DNA of 64,000 bases from Candidatus Altimarinota bacterium (lineage in GTDB: Bacteria; Patescibacteriota; Gracilibacteria; JBDHUY01). The stretch spans positions 96,001-160,000 of the forward strand of contig JBDHUY010000003.1 of the NCBI GenBank assembly GCA_039809385.1. Reading direction: 5' to 3'. The notes under the pieces are model-generated. The model did no database searches, was not told the DNA's origin, and saw only the letters and a program-made list of their open reading frames with translations. Positions 29,004 through 39,300 of the stretch are shown in pieces. How positions within the stretch are numbered: position 1 is the stretch's first letter; each line of letters starts with the position of its first letter. The translations under genes were made by a program, and so were the position numbers.

Positions 29004-29152
29004 TTCCATTCTTTACGGATTTTCTTTTGCCAAACTACCGGGTCATCTTTTCGATCCTTCCACATGCCTTTGACAAGCTCCCAAGGATCAACGCCGGAAT
29101 AGCTTTTCATACGGCTTCTGATATCTTTTTTTGGAATAACTAAGGATTTCAT
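29000..29152 (-). CDS. Small antitoxin (50 aa), absent from the ORF track
   Basis: MKSLVIPKKDIRSRMKSYSGVDPWELVKGMWKDRKDDPVVWQKKIRKEWK*. The GMWKDR...IRKEW tail is typical of VapB-like antitoxins; its stop overlaps the vapC start. Confidence 0.8.
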   Translation of the reverse strand: MKSLVIPKKDIRSRMKSYSGVDPWELVKGMWKDRKDDPVVWQKKIRKEWK

Positions 29153-29230
29153 AGGTGTTTTCTTTCAAAGGTAAGAGTCAACCGTATTCTAGGCTTAAAG
29201 CTCTATGTGGGTCAAGTTCTGGTTTTTTTG

Positions 29231-30448
29231 TTACACATGTTCGAGGATCTTCTTCAGTATTGCGACCAAGTGATCTATCTGTTCTTTCGTATTATTCAAT
29301 CCTAATGAGATACGTAACAGAGGCGGATATTGTTTCAGGTGTTGGAGATAATAGTGGCAACAAAAGTAGCCGCTGCGGCACATGATATGTTGTTCGCCGA
29401 GAAAAATGGCCAGCCGGTGGGCGTCGATTTTATCGCTATAGACACTGATAACGGCGGTCGGGGTCGCGTTGATGATCGTCAAACGTTCTATTTCATGCAA
29501 TTTTTGCCAGGTATGTTCGATCAACTCTTTTTCGTAAATTTGTGCGGTTTTCCCTTCCGGATTATACGTTTTTAACCAATCGATCGCCGCGTCGGTACCG
29601 ACAATGCCGGACCAGTTTTGTAATCCCATTTCTAGGGGGGCGAATAACTCTTCCTCGTCCCGGATAAGGGTGTAGCTTTCTTTAAAAACGTCCGTCACCG
29701 TTCCCCCTCCAATGAAAAAGTATTCCAGTGTTTTTAACAGCTCTTTTTTAACAATCATAAACCCCAGACTGGGACCATACATTTTGTGTACCGATCCGCA
29801 AACAGCATCCCAATCGCCTTTTTGGAGCAACGCACGACTGTGGGCGAACGACTGAGCCGCATCGAGTATGACAATTCCGCCTTGTTCGTGCGTATCTTTG
29901 ACGAGTTGCTCTATATTTTTTAGCTCCCGACCGTCGATATTCGATGTGGCACTGAGAACTACGACCGCTTTTACAAGATCATCTCTTTCGTATAAAAGGT
30001 TTCCATCGTCATCCCGGGGAAGCACGATTCTGGTTGCCTGGTATTTTTGAGCGAAAGCGATGCTGGGGAGAAATACCGAATTGTGCTCTATCTCGGATGT
30101 GACGACTCGGGTGTACTTCCCGGACGGGAGTTGCATGAGCAGCAGGTTGATCGCGTAAGTCGTATTGAGAGTAAAAGCCGTCGCGTAATCTTTTTCGTTT
30201 TTTTTCACCAGATCCAGTAATTTTTTACGAGCCCGGCGGGTATATTCATCGACTCGTTGGCCCCATTGGTATTTTACCCGTCCGCCGCAGGCGTTGAAAT
30301 CTGTGAAATACTCTTTCTGGGCGCTTACTACCTGCCATGGGCGCAGTGTCTGGCAGGCGGAATCGAAATAAAATGTATCTGGTTTGAGATACGAAAAATC
30401 GGTCGGGTGTTCCGATTCGACAGAGTTGTTTCGTTTAAAAGAGATCAT
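29231..30448 (-). CDS. Class V PLP aminotransferase / cysteine desulfurase-like (SufS/CsdA type)
   Basis: Motifs YFDSACQT, EHNS, LDAAQS, SVHKMYGP (PLP Lys) and RSGYFCC. Confidence 0.88.
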   Translation of the reverse strand: MISFKRNNSVESEHPTDFSYLKPDTFYFDSACQTLRPWQVVSAQKEYFTDFNACGGRVKYQWGQRVDEYTRRARKKLLDLVKKNEKDYATAFTLNTTYAINLLLMQLPSGKYTRVVTSEIEHNSVFLPSIAFAQKYQATRIVLPRDDDGNLLYERDDLVKAVVVLSATSNIDGRELKNIEQLVKDTHEQGGIVILDAAQSFAHSRALLQKGDWDAVCGSVHKMYGPSLGFMIVKKELLKTLEYFFIGGGTVTDVFKESYTLIRDEEELFAPLEMGLQNWSGIVGTDAAIDWLKTYNPEGKTAQIYEKELIEHTWQKLHEIERLTIINATPTAVISVYSDKIDAHRLAIFLGEQHIMCRSGYFCCHYYLQHLKQYPPLLRISLGLNNTKEQIDHLVAILKKILEHV

Positions 30449-30459
30449 GACGAAGGGGT

Positions 30460-30537
30460 AAATGACAATCCGCCGCGGCGGACAAGTACCAAAATAATCT
30501 CAAAATCCCAATTTCTCAAGAGGGATTTGATATTTGA
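30460..30537. repeat. AAATnnC heptamer array with inserted TCCGCCGCGGCGGA palindrome
   Basis: AAATGAC-AA[TCCGCCGCGGCGGA CAA]GTACC-AAAAT-AATCTC-AAAATCCC-AATTTCTC, then a short inverted arm GGATTTGATATTTGA. Confidence 0.7.
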
Positions 30538-30569
30538 TCCCCGGCGGCATACTTACGGTTACCTGTTTC

Positions 30570-31580
30570 TCATATCATTCCCTGTTCTTTGAGCAAGGCG
30601 AGCGATTGTTTCATGGTAACCATACCGTCGCGTGCACCGGTTTCTATCGCATTGGGAATCTGATGGGTCGCGTTTTTGCGGATCATATTTGATACTTCGC
30701 TGTTGTTGGTGAGCACTTCGCAAGCGGCTACCCGGCCGGTTTTGTCTTTCTTTTTCAGCAATTCCTGCCACACTACCGCCTGAAGCGATAACGAGAGTGA
30801 GGATCGAATCTGGTTCTGTTTTTCAAACGGGAACATGTCGATGATCCGGTCCACCGCTTTGGCGGTTCCGCTGGTGTGGAGCGTCGCAAAGACCAGGGCG
30901 CCGGTCTCGGCTGCTTCCAGAGCCAGAGCTACGGTTTCGGGATCGCGCATTTCTCCGACCAGGATGACATCCGCCGCTTCACGGAGTGCCGAATGTAACG
31001 CGGCTTGAAAGTTTGCCGTGTTGGTATAGACTTCGCGCTGATTAACCAGACTTTTGGCCGAACTATAGACAAATTCGATCGGATCTTCGATCGTCAGAAT
31101 ATGTTTTCGTTTCTTTAGATTTATTTCCTGAATCAGGCTTGCCAGGGTCGTGCTTTTTCCGCTGCCGGTCGTTCCGGTGACCAGCACCAGTCCGTTTTTC
31201 AGATTGGTGAATTTATGAATAACTTCGGGCAGTCCCAAACTTTCAAACGCCGGGATCATATCAGGAATAAAACGAAAAACCATGCCAACGCCGGCATTGT
31301 TTAAAAATCCGTTTACTCTGAAGCGGCCTAACTTTTCCATACTCAACGAAAAGTCTATATCCAGATTAGCCTCGAAATGCTCTTTTTGCACAGGACTGAG
31401 GAGATCGATCAGATATTTCTCTGCCATATCGCGTTGTACCTCGCTGGCGCCTTCGATAAAAACGATATCGCCGTTGATCTTGAGCGCCGGCACGCTGCCG
31501 CTCGTTATAAACAAGTCCGAGGCTTTGTGTTCCTTGGCCAGTTCGAAATACTGGTCGAGTTTGGGAATTTTCGTGGTCAT
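30570..31580 (-). CDS. pilT: Type IV pilus retraction ATPase PilT/PilU
   Basis: Motifs ASDLF, GRFRVN, GTTGSGKSTT, TIEDPIE, VGEMRD, AETG.LV.ATLHT and GMVTM. Confidence 0.93.
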   Translation of the reverse strand: MTTKIPKLDQYFELAKEHKASDLFITSGSVPALKINGDIVFIEGASEVQRDMAEKYLIDLLSPVQKEHFEANLDIDFSLSMEKLGRFRVNGFLNNAGVGMVFRFIPDMIPAFESLGLPEVIHKFTNLKNGLVLVTGTTGSGKSTTLASLIQEINLKKRKHILTIEDPIEFVYSSAKSLVNQREVYTNTANFQAALHSALREAADVILVGEMRDPETVALALEAAETGALVFATLHTSGTAKAVDRIIDMFPFEKQNQIRSSLSLSLQAVVWQELLKKKDKTGRVAACEVLTNNSEVSNMIRKNATHQIPNAIETGARDGMVTMKQSLALLKEQGMI

Positions 31581-31693
31581 GCGGGAGGAAGAGTTGATGA
31601 AAGTATCACAGTAGTATACTCTTTTTCGTGTTAAGAAGGCAAAGAGGTAGGATTGCCGGAGCGTTGTTTTGGTGGTCTAATGAAAGAACGAGA

Positions 31694-31931
31694 AAAGCTC
31701 AAATGTCAACGTTCAATCCACCGTGGCGGATCAAAAAAATCTCAAAGCACCAAATATCGAAACTCTAGCATAATTTATTATTTGATGAATACGGCGTAAG
31801 TTAGTCACTCATGGCAGATAACGGCTTATAAGCAGGTAAATAAGAAGCGCACATCTTTGCTCTTCTGTTATTTGAAAATTTGGAAATTTGATATTTAGAT
31901 TTGATTTGGCATTTGAGCTTTGGTATTTGAA
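31694..31931. repeat. Inverted pair of heptamer arrays with inserted TCCACCGTGGCGGA palindrome
   Basis: Left arm AAAGCTC-AAATGTC-AACGTTC...AAATATC (31694-31766). Right arm TTTGAAAATTTGGAAATTTGATATTT...GAGCTTTGGTATTTGA (31871-31931). Confidence 0.75.
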
Positions 31932-31989
31932 CGTATAATCTTTCATATGACATCTTTAATTACATAATTTACTTTTTCGCTCCTGAAAC

Positions 31990-32574
31990 CTGAAAACTTC
32001 CTCTAAACTTCTCATTGCCGGGATCGATGAGGCCGGGCGCGGGCCGTGGGCGGGGCCGGTGGTGGCGGCGTGCGTCATATTGCCGCCGCGGTTCGATACC
32101 AGTTTGCTGAGAGATTCCAAAGTTATGACGTCCCAAGCCCGCGATGTCGTATTTGATGTTTTGGTTAAACGGGTCGATTTTGGCATCGGTATAATCGATA
32201 GTACTGTTATCGACAGTGTCGGTATCAAACGTGCTAATTTCGCGGCGATGCAGCAAGCATTGAACAGTTTATCGAAGAAACCCGAGCGGGCGCTCATCGA
32301 TGGCCGCGACGGCTATTATTTTCCGGGAATAGCGTGCGAATCCATCGTGCGCGGTGATGCCCTTGTTCCCGCCATATCCGCCGCTTCCATTATAGCCAAA
32401 GTCTGGCGCGACCGGATTATGGAAATGTATCACGAAGCCTACCCTCGTTACGGTTTTCAACATCATAAAGGCTATGGCACGGAGCTGCATGCGCGTAATT
32501 TACGCGAATACGGTCCATGTCCGATCCATCGTTTTTCGTTTGCGCCCGTACGGGATTTTGTTTCGCAATTTTAA
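31990..32574 (+). CDS. rnhB: Ribonuclease HII (probable CTG start)
   Basis: The catalytic motif AGIDEAGRGPWAGPV lies upstream of the called GTG 32059. Also DSK, IDG, AASIIAKVWRD, HKGYGT and HRFSF. Confidence 0.93.
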   Translation: MKTSSKLLIAGIDEAGRGPWAGPVVAACVILPPRFDTSLLRDSKVMTSQARDVVFDVLVKRVDFGIGIIDSTVIDSVGIKRANFAAMQQALNSLSKKPERALIDGRDGYYFPGIACESIVRGDALVPAISAASIIAKVWRDRIMEMYHEAYPRYGFQHHKGYGTELHARNLREYGPCPIHRFSFAPVRDFVSQF

Positions 32575-32613
32575 CGTACTTCCCCTATACTGCTGGCGTT
32601 GCTTTTTAACTAA

Positions 32614-33783
32614 TTGCGTTTTGTGCCTCCTCAGCCTTCTTCCCAAGCATTTACGGCCGAATTGATCGTCGATGGTCAGCAATTTTTTGACACATTGCTC
32701 GACTGTATTACGCGCGCCAAATATTCTATCCATATAAAAATTTTTATGTGGAGGAACGACGCCCGTGGCAGAGCGGTTCTGATGGCGCTTGAGAAAAAGA
32801 TCCGCCAAACGCCTTCTATTCAAGTCACGATTGAAAAAGATGCGTTTGGCAGTCGTATTTATAATCTGGCCCGCTATATTTCGCTCGGCAATACGCCCGG
32901 AGATATTTTTTCCAGTACCTACGGACTGACTTTTCTGCGTACCTATAAAAGTAACGTTCATTTCAGCTATATTGGTTCCCGGTCACTGTTTTTCTTCAAA
33001 TATCTCAAAGAGATCGATCACTCCAAAGTACTGGTGTTCGATCATCTTACCCCGAACGCAAAAGCCATGATCGGCGGTATGAACCTGGCCGACGAATATC
33101 TGACCGATCCCAACCACGAGGATCCGGATCTGGGCGGCTGGCATGATTACATGGTGCTGCTGCGCGGCATGCCGGTCCAGCAGTTGCTTCCGGAGCCCCA
33201 AAAGAAAAGCAAGAAACAGAACTGGTTTTTCCGTTCGCTCCGGCAAGGCCTGGAGGTGCTGGTCCATGTTGGCGGACGGCGCAGATTCCGCCATACGGTC
33301 TTGGCTGAACTTTCCCGCGCCAAAGAAACGGTTGTGATCGAACACGGCTATATAACAGACGATCCCGTCATTCGCAAGATTCAGTCTTTAGCGCAAAACG
33401 GTGTGCGGGTACAGGTTATCCTGCCAGATCGCTCCGACGGTTTTTTTCATGCCAATATTGCCTCGGTGCGTAAACTCTTGAAACCGTCGCCTTCTTTTCC
33501 TGATAAAAACAAGTTTCTTACTGTTTTTCTCTATCGTGGCATGATTCATGGCAAGGTTATGGTGATTGATCAACAAACTGCCATCGTCGGCTCGGCAAAT
33601 CTCACCCGTCTCAGTTTCAATTTGCTTCAGGAGACCAACGCAATTTTTCGAAGTACCAGCGGTATCGTTACCAGACTGGTCGACCAGCTTTCTGCCGATC
33701 TGGCCAATTGCGAAGCATTGACTTGGGAAACTATCCCGCGGTTTAATCCGGTACGGGCTTTTTTTGAACGTATGGTGATCTAG
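32614..33783 (+). CDS. Phospholipase D / cardiolipin synthase-like protein
   Basis: Two HKD motifs: HSKVLVFD...GGMN and HGKVMVID...GSAN. Confidence 0.88.
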   Translation: MRFVPPQPSSQAFTAELIVDGQQFFDTLLDCITRAKYSIHIKIFMWRNDARGRAVLMALEKKIRQTPSIQVTIEKDAFGSRIYNLARYISLGNTPGDIFSSTYGLTFLRTYKSNVHFSYIGSRSLFFFKYLKEIDHSKVLVFDHLTPNAKAMIGGMNLADEYLTDPNHEDPDLGGWHDYMVLLRGMPVQQLLPEPQKKSKKQNWFFRSLRQGLEVLVHVGGRRRFRHTVLAELSRAKETVVIEHGYITDDPVIRKIQSLAQNGVRVQVILPDRSDGFFHANIASVRKLLKPSPSFPDKNKFLTVFLYRGMIHGKVMVIDQQTAIVGSANLTRLSFNLLQETNAIFRSTSGIVTRLVDQLSADLANCEALTWETIPRFNPVRAFFERMVI

Positions 33784-34022
33784 CGGGGCAGCAATTCGGC
33801 TCTCAGCATGAAGTAGTCAATAAGGACAGCCCCAACAGCGTTTCTTCGTGGCGGCCGGTAAAAATAATGAATTTCTACAAATTTCTATGATTTTTCGTAA
33901 ATTTCTATCAACGTTCTGGTTGTAAATAAGACGTTCAGCATTCAGTCGGTGGTGAGTACAAGCCTTAGCCGTCTGCATTAAATCATCAATCATAACTCAT
34001 CATTCGTACAGTATAATTCGTT

Positions 34023-34152
34023 TTGACCGACGGGGAATGTCCGATTATAGTAGTATTGCCAGTCATACTTTCCATACTTTTGTGGTTATTTGATTTATAG
34101 GTTTAGAAAATAGAAAAAATCTTTGACAAGCTTGTCGTTTACATAGTAGTAT
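34023..34152 (+). promoter_or_regulatory. Tandem sigma70-like promoters upstream of the RND operon
   Basis: TTGACC-N17-TATAGT (34023-34051) and TTGACA-N18-TAGTAT (34123-34152). The palindrome GACAAGCTTGTC overlaps the second -35. Confidence 0.5.
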
Positions 34153-34257
34153 ACATACCTTTCGGGTGCTTCGGTTCGATCAAAATACCAAAACAAAAGC
34201 CTTTTTGTTTCTATCTTTTAAAAACCGGTTTTTTGTTTTTTTATCGTTTCGTTCTTT

Positions 34258-36312
34258 ATGCAGCAACGCCGTTTCTTGTCTTTTGTCGGGCTTTTGCTCA
34301 TTCTATCCGCTTGCAGCTCCCAGGCGCAGCCGGAAGTAGTTGATCAGACCCTTTCCCGTCCGACTGTCCCGGTCAAGACCCGTTCCTTAAGCGAACTGGC
34401 GATACGCGAGCGGGGACTCGAGTATCCGGGTGTGGTGGTGTCGGGTTCCGAAGTCCGTGTCATTTCCAAAAGCGCCGGCACGGTTTCCGAATTGTCGTTT
34501 GAGGTCGGTGATACGGTCCGTTCCGGGCAGACGCTCGTACGTCTGGATGTGGGAGAGTCGAGCGTGACCAAAACCAACTATCAAAATGCGTTGCAGGCCC
34601 GGGACAATATGCAGCGTAATATTACCAATACCGCTCAAGTAAGCGACGAACAGATCCGCCAGGCCTCTCTGGCCGTTGAACAGGCCCGCCAGTCTTTCGA
34701 ACTGGCCCGGAAAAACTATGACAATCTTCAAAACAGCGCCGAAAAAGATATGCGCTCCTCCGAAATTGCCGCCGAGCAGGCCCGTAGTGGCCGCGACAAT
34801 CTGGGAAAAACTACCGACGAGTCTCTAAAAAGCGCGCAGCTAGGCTACGATACGGCTAAAGTTGCTACCGAGGGGGCGCGTATCTCTCTGGAAAATCGTA
34901 AAAAAGATTTCGAGAAGGCCTCGGGAGATTTGCAGGAGAATATAAAAATAGCCACCGACGGGGCGATTACTCTGGCCGGAGCCTTACTGGACGGCGTTAA
35001 TGCGATGACCGGATTCGACGATAAAAATCTGGTCAACATTTCGTATCGCGACAATTTGGGAGCGCTTAAACAATCGACCTATGAATCGGCCGAGGAAGCC
35101 TATGAAGAGGCCAAACGTTTTTACAATCAGGTAAAAAACGAGACGTTTTCCGGCCCTTCCTCCCGGTTGCAATCGATACTGGAGCTACTCTCTAAAATAA
35201 AACGCATGACCGATACTTCCAAAGATTTGCTGGACAACAGTTTTGTATCGGCAGCACTTTCGCTCGATCTTCTGAGTCGTTTTCAGACAAGTCTGGCCGG
35301 CTACCAAGCACAAGTAACGCAAATGGAACTGACGATGAACCAGCTGAAGCAATCTGATGAAAAGCTGGATCTGGATACTTCTTCCGTTCTTGAAGGCTTA
35401 CAGAAAGCATATGAAATTACATTACAGCAGGAAAAGAGCGCCGCTCAAGCCGTCGAAAATCTCAAAGCCGGCAATACCGCCCAGCAGGATCAAGCCGGTT
35501 ACGGCGTGACATTGGCCGAAAATCAGGTCAAATCGTTATCGGTAAAATTACAAACCCAGCTCGATGCGGCCAAAGCCCAGGTCGATTTGGCCGATCTTCA
35601 ATACAAAACGGCTCAGACAGCCTTGGAAACGGCTCGTAAAGGACGCACGTCGCAACTTGACAGTCTTAACTCCCAGCTCGATGCGATGGAAGGGCAGCTG
35701 AATCTGGCTAAGATTCAGCTTGATCAGCTGACTGTCGCCGCCCCGGTTACCGCTCGTGTCCAAAAGAAAGAAGTGGATGTCGGTCAAGTAGTTAATCCCG
35801 GTCAGTCTATCGCCGTTTTGCAGGGGGACGACGTCGTTAAAGTACAGTTTTTCGTCCCCGAAACCGATCTTTCGGCCTTTTCGCTTGCGACACCCCTCGA
35901 AATCCGCAATAAGAGCGGTATCCGTTTCTCTGGTACGGTCTCTGCAATCTCTCCCCAGGCTGATCCGGTTTCGCGCCGTTTCCTGATCGATATAACGCTG
36001 GATCAGAACTCGGGCAGTTTTCCGGTGGTCGGCGCGGTCGTGACGGTGCTCTACCGTCAAGCCAAAGCTGCTGCCGATGCCGACTCGGTCTACCTGCCCT
36101 TGGAAATCGTGACGGTAAATCAAAACGAAAGTTTCATCTATGTGGCCACAGCCGAGAATGCCGCCAAGAAATATCCGGTCACGGTCGTGGCCGTGGAAGG
36201 GGAATATGCTCTGATAAAAACCGACCTTCCGGTCGCAACGCAGATTATCGTTGAGGGACAGAAGTTGCTCAAAGACGGTGATCCGGTGAGTATCGAACAG
36301 AAATCCAGTTAA
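34258..36312 (+). CDS. RND efflux membrane-fusion/adaptor lipoprotein with very long coiled coil
   Basis: Lipobox LSAC; split lipoyl halves (AGTVSELSFEVGDTVRSGQTL and TVAAPVTARV...VGQVVNPGQ); beta-barrel ISPQADPVSRRF. Confidence 0.9.
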   Translation: MQQRRFLSFVGLLLILSACSSQAQPEVVDQTLSRPTVPVKTRSLSELAIRERGLEYPGVVVSGSEVRVISKSAGTVSELSFEVGDTVRSGQTLVRLDVGESSVTKTNYQNALQARDNMQRNITNTAQVSDEQIRQASLAVEQARQSFELARKNYDNLQNSAEKDMRSSEIAAEQARSGRDNLGKTTDESLKSAQLGYDTAKVATEGARISLENRKKDFEKASGDLQENIKIATDGAITLAGALLDGVNAMTGFDDKNLVNISYRDNLGALKQSTYESAEEAYEEAKRFYNQVKNETFSGPSSRLQSILELLSKIKRMTDTSKDLLDNSFVSAALSLDLLSRFQTSLAGYQAQVTQMELTMNQLKQSDEKLDLDTSSVLEGLQKAYEITLQQEKSAAQAVENLKAGNTAQQDQAGYGVTLAENQVKSLSVKLQTQLDAAKAQVDLADLQYKTAQTALETARKGRTSQLDSLNSQLDAMEGQLNLAKIQLDQLTVAAPVTARVQKKEVDVGQVVNPGQSIAVLQGDDVVKVQFFVPETDLSAFSLATPLEIRNKSGIRFSGTVSAISPQADPVSRRFLIDITLDQNSGSFPVVGAVVTVLYRQAKAAADADSVYLPLEIVTVNQNESFIYVATAENAAKKYPVTVVAVEGEYALIKTDLPVATQIIVEGQKLLKDGDPVSIEQKSS

Positions 36313-36354
36313 GTAGGTATTGCCCTTATAGCCTTTGAACCTTTATCTTTATCT

Positions 36355-39300
36355 ATGCCGAAAAAAGAAACTTCCGCCCATCAGTCCGCCGATTCTCTGT
36401 ATCTTGAACAGCTCGAATTCAAGCCGGAATTGAACAAAATGTTCCTGAACTTTTTCGTGAGGAATGTCAGAGTGGTCATGTTGCTGATGATTTTGATCAT
36501 TCTCGTCGGACTCTTCGCTTTTTTCCGGCTGCCTCGTGAATCCGATCCTGAGGTCAAGATTCCGTTTGCCGTCGTCAATGCGGTCTATCCCGGGGCTTCG
36601 CCCGGCGATGTGGAAGAACTGGTAACGAAGAAACTGGAAACTGAAATCAGCGGTGTCAAAGGTATCAAGACAATCACTTCCAATTCGTATAATTCAGTCT
36701 CCAGCCTGAGCATTGAATTCGAGTCGAATCTGGATGGGGAAACGGTCGTGCGGAAGTTACGCGATGCGGTCAATACCGTCAAACCTGAGCTGCCCGACGA
36801 AGTCGAAGAGCCCTTGGTTCGAGAGATCTCGGTACGCGACGCTCCTATCTGGACATTGAGTATCAGCGGTCCCTATGACGGATTTGTTTTACGTGATTTT
36901 GCCGAACAATTGCAGGATGACCTGGAAGTCATCCCGACGGTCCGTGAAGTACAGGTATTCGGCGGTGACGAGGCCGAGCTCGAGGTGGCCTACGATCCGC
37001 AAAAACTGATTGCCTACAATCTTTCGCCCGACACGGTCAACGGTCTGATCCGGGCTGCCAATCTGGGAATTCCGGCCGGCGTATTCGAATCGCAGCCCTA
37101 TACGTATACGGTGCGCAGCGACAGCCGTTTTTATGATGACAAAACTTTGGGCAATCTGCCGGTTCTTTCCACCACTCAGGGCGCCGTCGTCTATCTGAAA
37201 GACGTGGCATCTGTCTCGGAGAAAGCGATCAAACGTACTATTTTTTCGCGTCTTTCGATCAAAGGTTCTGCGCCTGAGAATTCCGTTTCGGTGAGTATTA
37301 TCAAAAAAACCGGCGGATCGATTATCGATACCGTCCATGCCGCCAATCGTAAAGTCGACGAACTGTTTAAGACACTGCCGGCCGATTTGAAAAAAGATGT
37401 CACGTATGACGATGCCGAACAGATCGAAAAAGATTTCGACCGTTTGTCGCACGACTTTCTGATCACGATTCTGCTTGTATTCGGCATTCTGTTTCTCACT
37501 ATCGGTCTCAAAGAGGCTCTCATGGCCGGTCTGGTCATTCCGCTGACATTTTTTGCAACGTTTGGGGTGATGCTTGGAACCGGCACCTCGCTTAATTTCC
37601 TGTCGATATTTTCGTTGCTTTTGTCACTCGGTTTAATTGTCGACGATGCCATTGTGGTCGTGGCCGCCACAAAACAGTATCTTTCTTCGGGAAAATTTAC
37701 TCCCGAAGAAGCCGTTTTGCTGGTACTGAACGATTTTAAAGTTCCGCTGATCACGACGACGCTGACGACCATTTGGGCTTTTCTGCCCCTGCTGCTCTCG
37801 ACCGGCATTACCGGCGAATATATCAAATCGATTCCGGTGACTGTCTCGACCATGCTTGCGGCTTCCACGATCATTGCTCTGGTTATCAATCATCCGCTGG
37901 CTGCTTTTCTCGAACGTCTTCGCTTGACCGGCCGTGTCTTTGGCATTATTACCGGAATCGTCACCTTGGTTGCGCTGATCAGCCTGGGGACTGGAAATAT
38001 CTTTCTGTTCGTCATTACGCTGATTCTGCTCATTGTTCTGATACTTTGGTACTTTTTTCGCGGAAAAAAGATTATGCGACAAAATAGTGTACTATTAGAA
38101 GCCGAAGCAACCGATCCCGAAAAAATTAAACAGAAACTCAAACTCCAGGTCAGTCGAGAGCATGCCAATTTCTGGGAGAGGTTGATTCACGGTATTTTTC
38201 AACTCAACTTTTTTCTGCCCCTGTACGATCGCCTGATCCGCTGGATGATTAAAACCCGCCTCACACGTTTTCTTACGCTCTTTGTTACTTTTCTGCTCTT
38301 TTGCGGAGCGATTTTTCTGGTTATGACCGGAGCGGTCAAAAGCGAATTTTTTCCGAAAACCGATTATCCGCTGATGTATATAACGCTCGAAGCGCCGGTT
38401 GGTCTGCGTCTCGAAGAGACGGATAAACTAGTGCAAAGGCTTGAAGATTATCTGATGACGATTCCCGAAGTTAAGAATTTTTCCACGACTGTGGGGCGTG
38501 AGGTCAGCGTTGGAATCGGCGGCGGTGCCAGTACCGGAACGCATCTGGCTACCATCTCGGTTTCTTTGGTGGATAAAGAAGAACGTCATATTGTATCCTA
38601 TGTTCTGGCCGATCGGATGCGTCAGGAGCTTCAGTCTTTTGAAGGAGCCGTTGTCTCGGTCGTCGCTCCCAGTGGCGGTCCTCCCGCCGGTGCCGATATC
38701 GAAATGCGGATTAAAGGCGAGGATCTTAAGATTCTGGAAACATTGGGCCAGGAATATCAGTCTCTGTTAGGCCAGGTTCCTGGCGTAGTTGATACGTCGT
38801 TGTCGCTGAAACCTTCCCCGGCCGAATATACGTTTCAGCTTGATCCTTCTCTGCTTCGATTGTACGGCCTGACGACAGCCCAGGTTGGAGGAACATTACG
38901 CATGGCGATTGCCGGTACCGAAGTTACAAAAGTGCTGCGCGCGGGTGACGAAATCAAGGTCGTGGCCCGCTTTGACAAAACGAAGATTCCGTCGCTCGAA
39001 GATCTGCAGAATATTCAATTGATCAATCAAATGGGTAGTCCGGTGTTTCTCAAAGACGTTGCCTCGATACAACTTACTCCGTCTTTGGAAAAAATCACCC
39101 GGATTGATCAGGATCGTGTGGTCATCCTTTCCGGGACCGTAAGTGCCAAGACCAATCCGTCCGAAGCGCTGGCCGAATATAAGAAACGCATTGCGTCCAA
39201 AATATTGCCGACTGGCTATGTGGTGGAGTTTGGCGGACAGAACGAAGAAAACGAAGAGTCGGTCACTTCGATTCTTAACGCGATGACTCTCTCTTTTTTG

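Noticed and set aside
31694-31931. CRISPR array in the periodic intergenic regions
   Set aside because: Units are 7 bp and degenerate, with no constant 25-40 bp repeat or unique spacers, and there are no cas genes.
34160-34190. tRNA fragment or riboswitch (GGTTCGAT, TTCG hairpin)
   Set aside because: No cloverleaf or recognisable riboswitch consensus surrounds it.
37191-37889. Long antisense ORFs (for example 232 aa here, 40767-41480, 56044-56757 and 59332-59991)
   Set aside because: They lie opposite well-supported genes and carry no motifs, as expected from codon bias.
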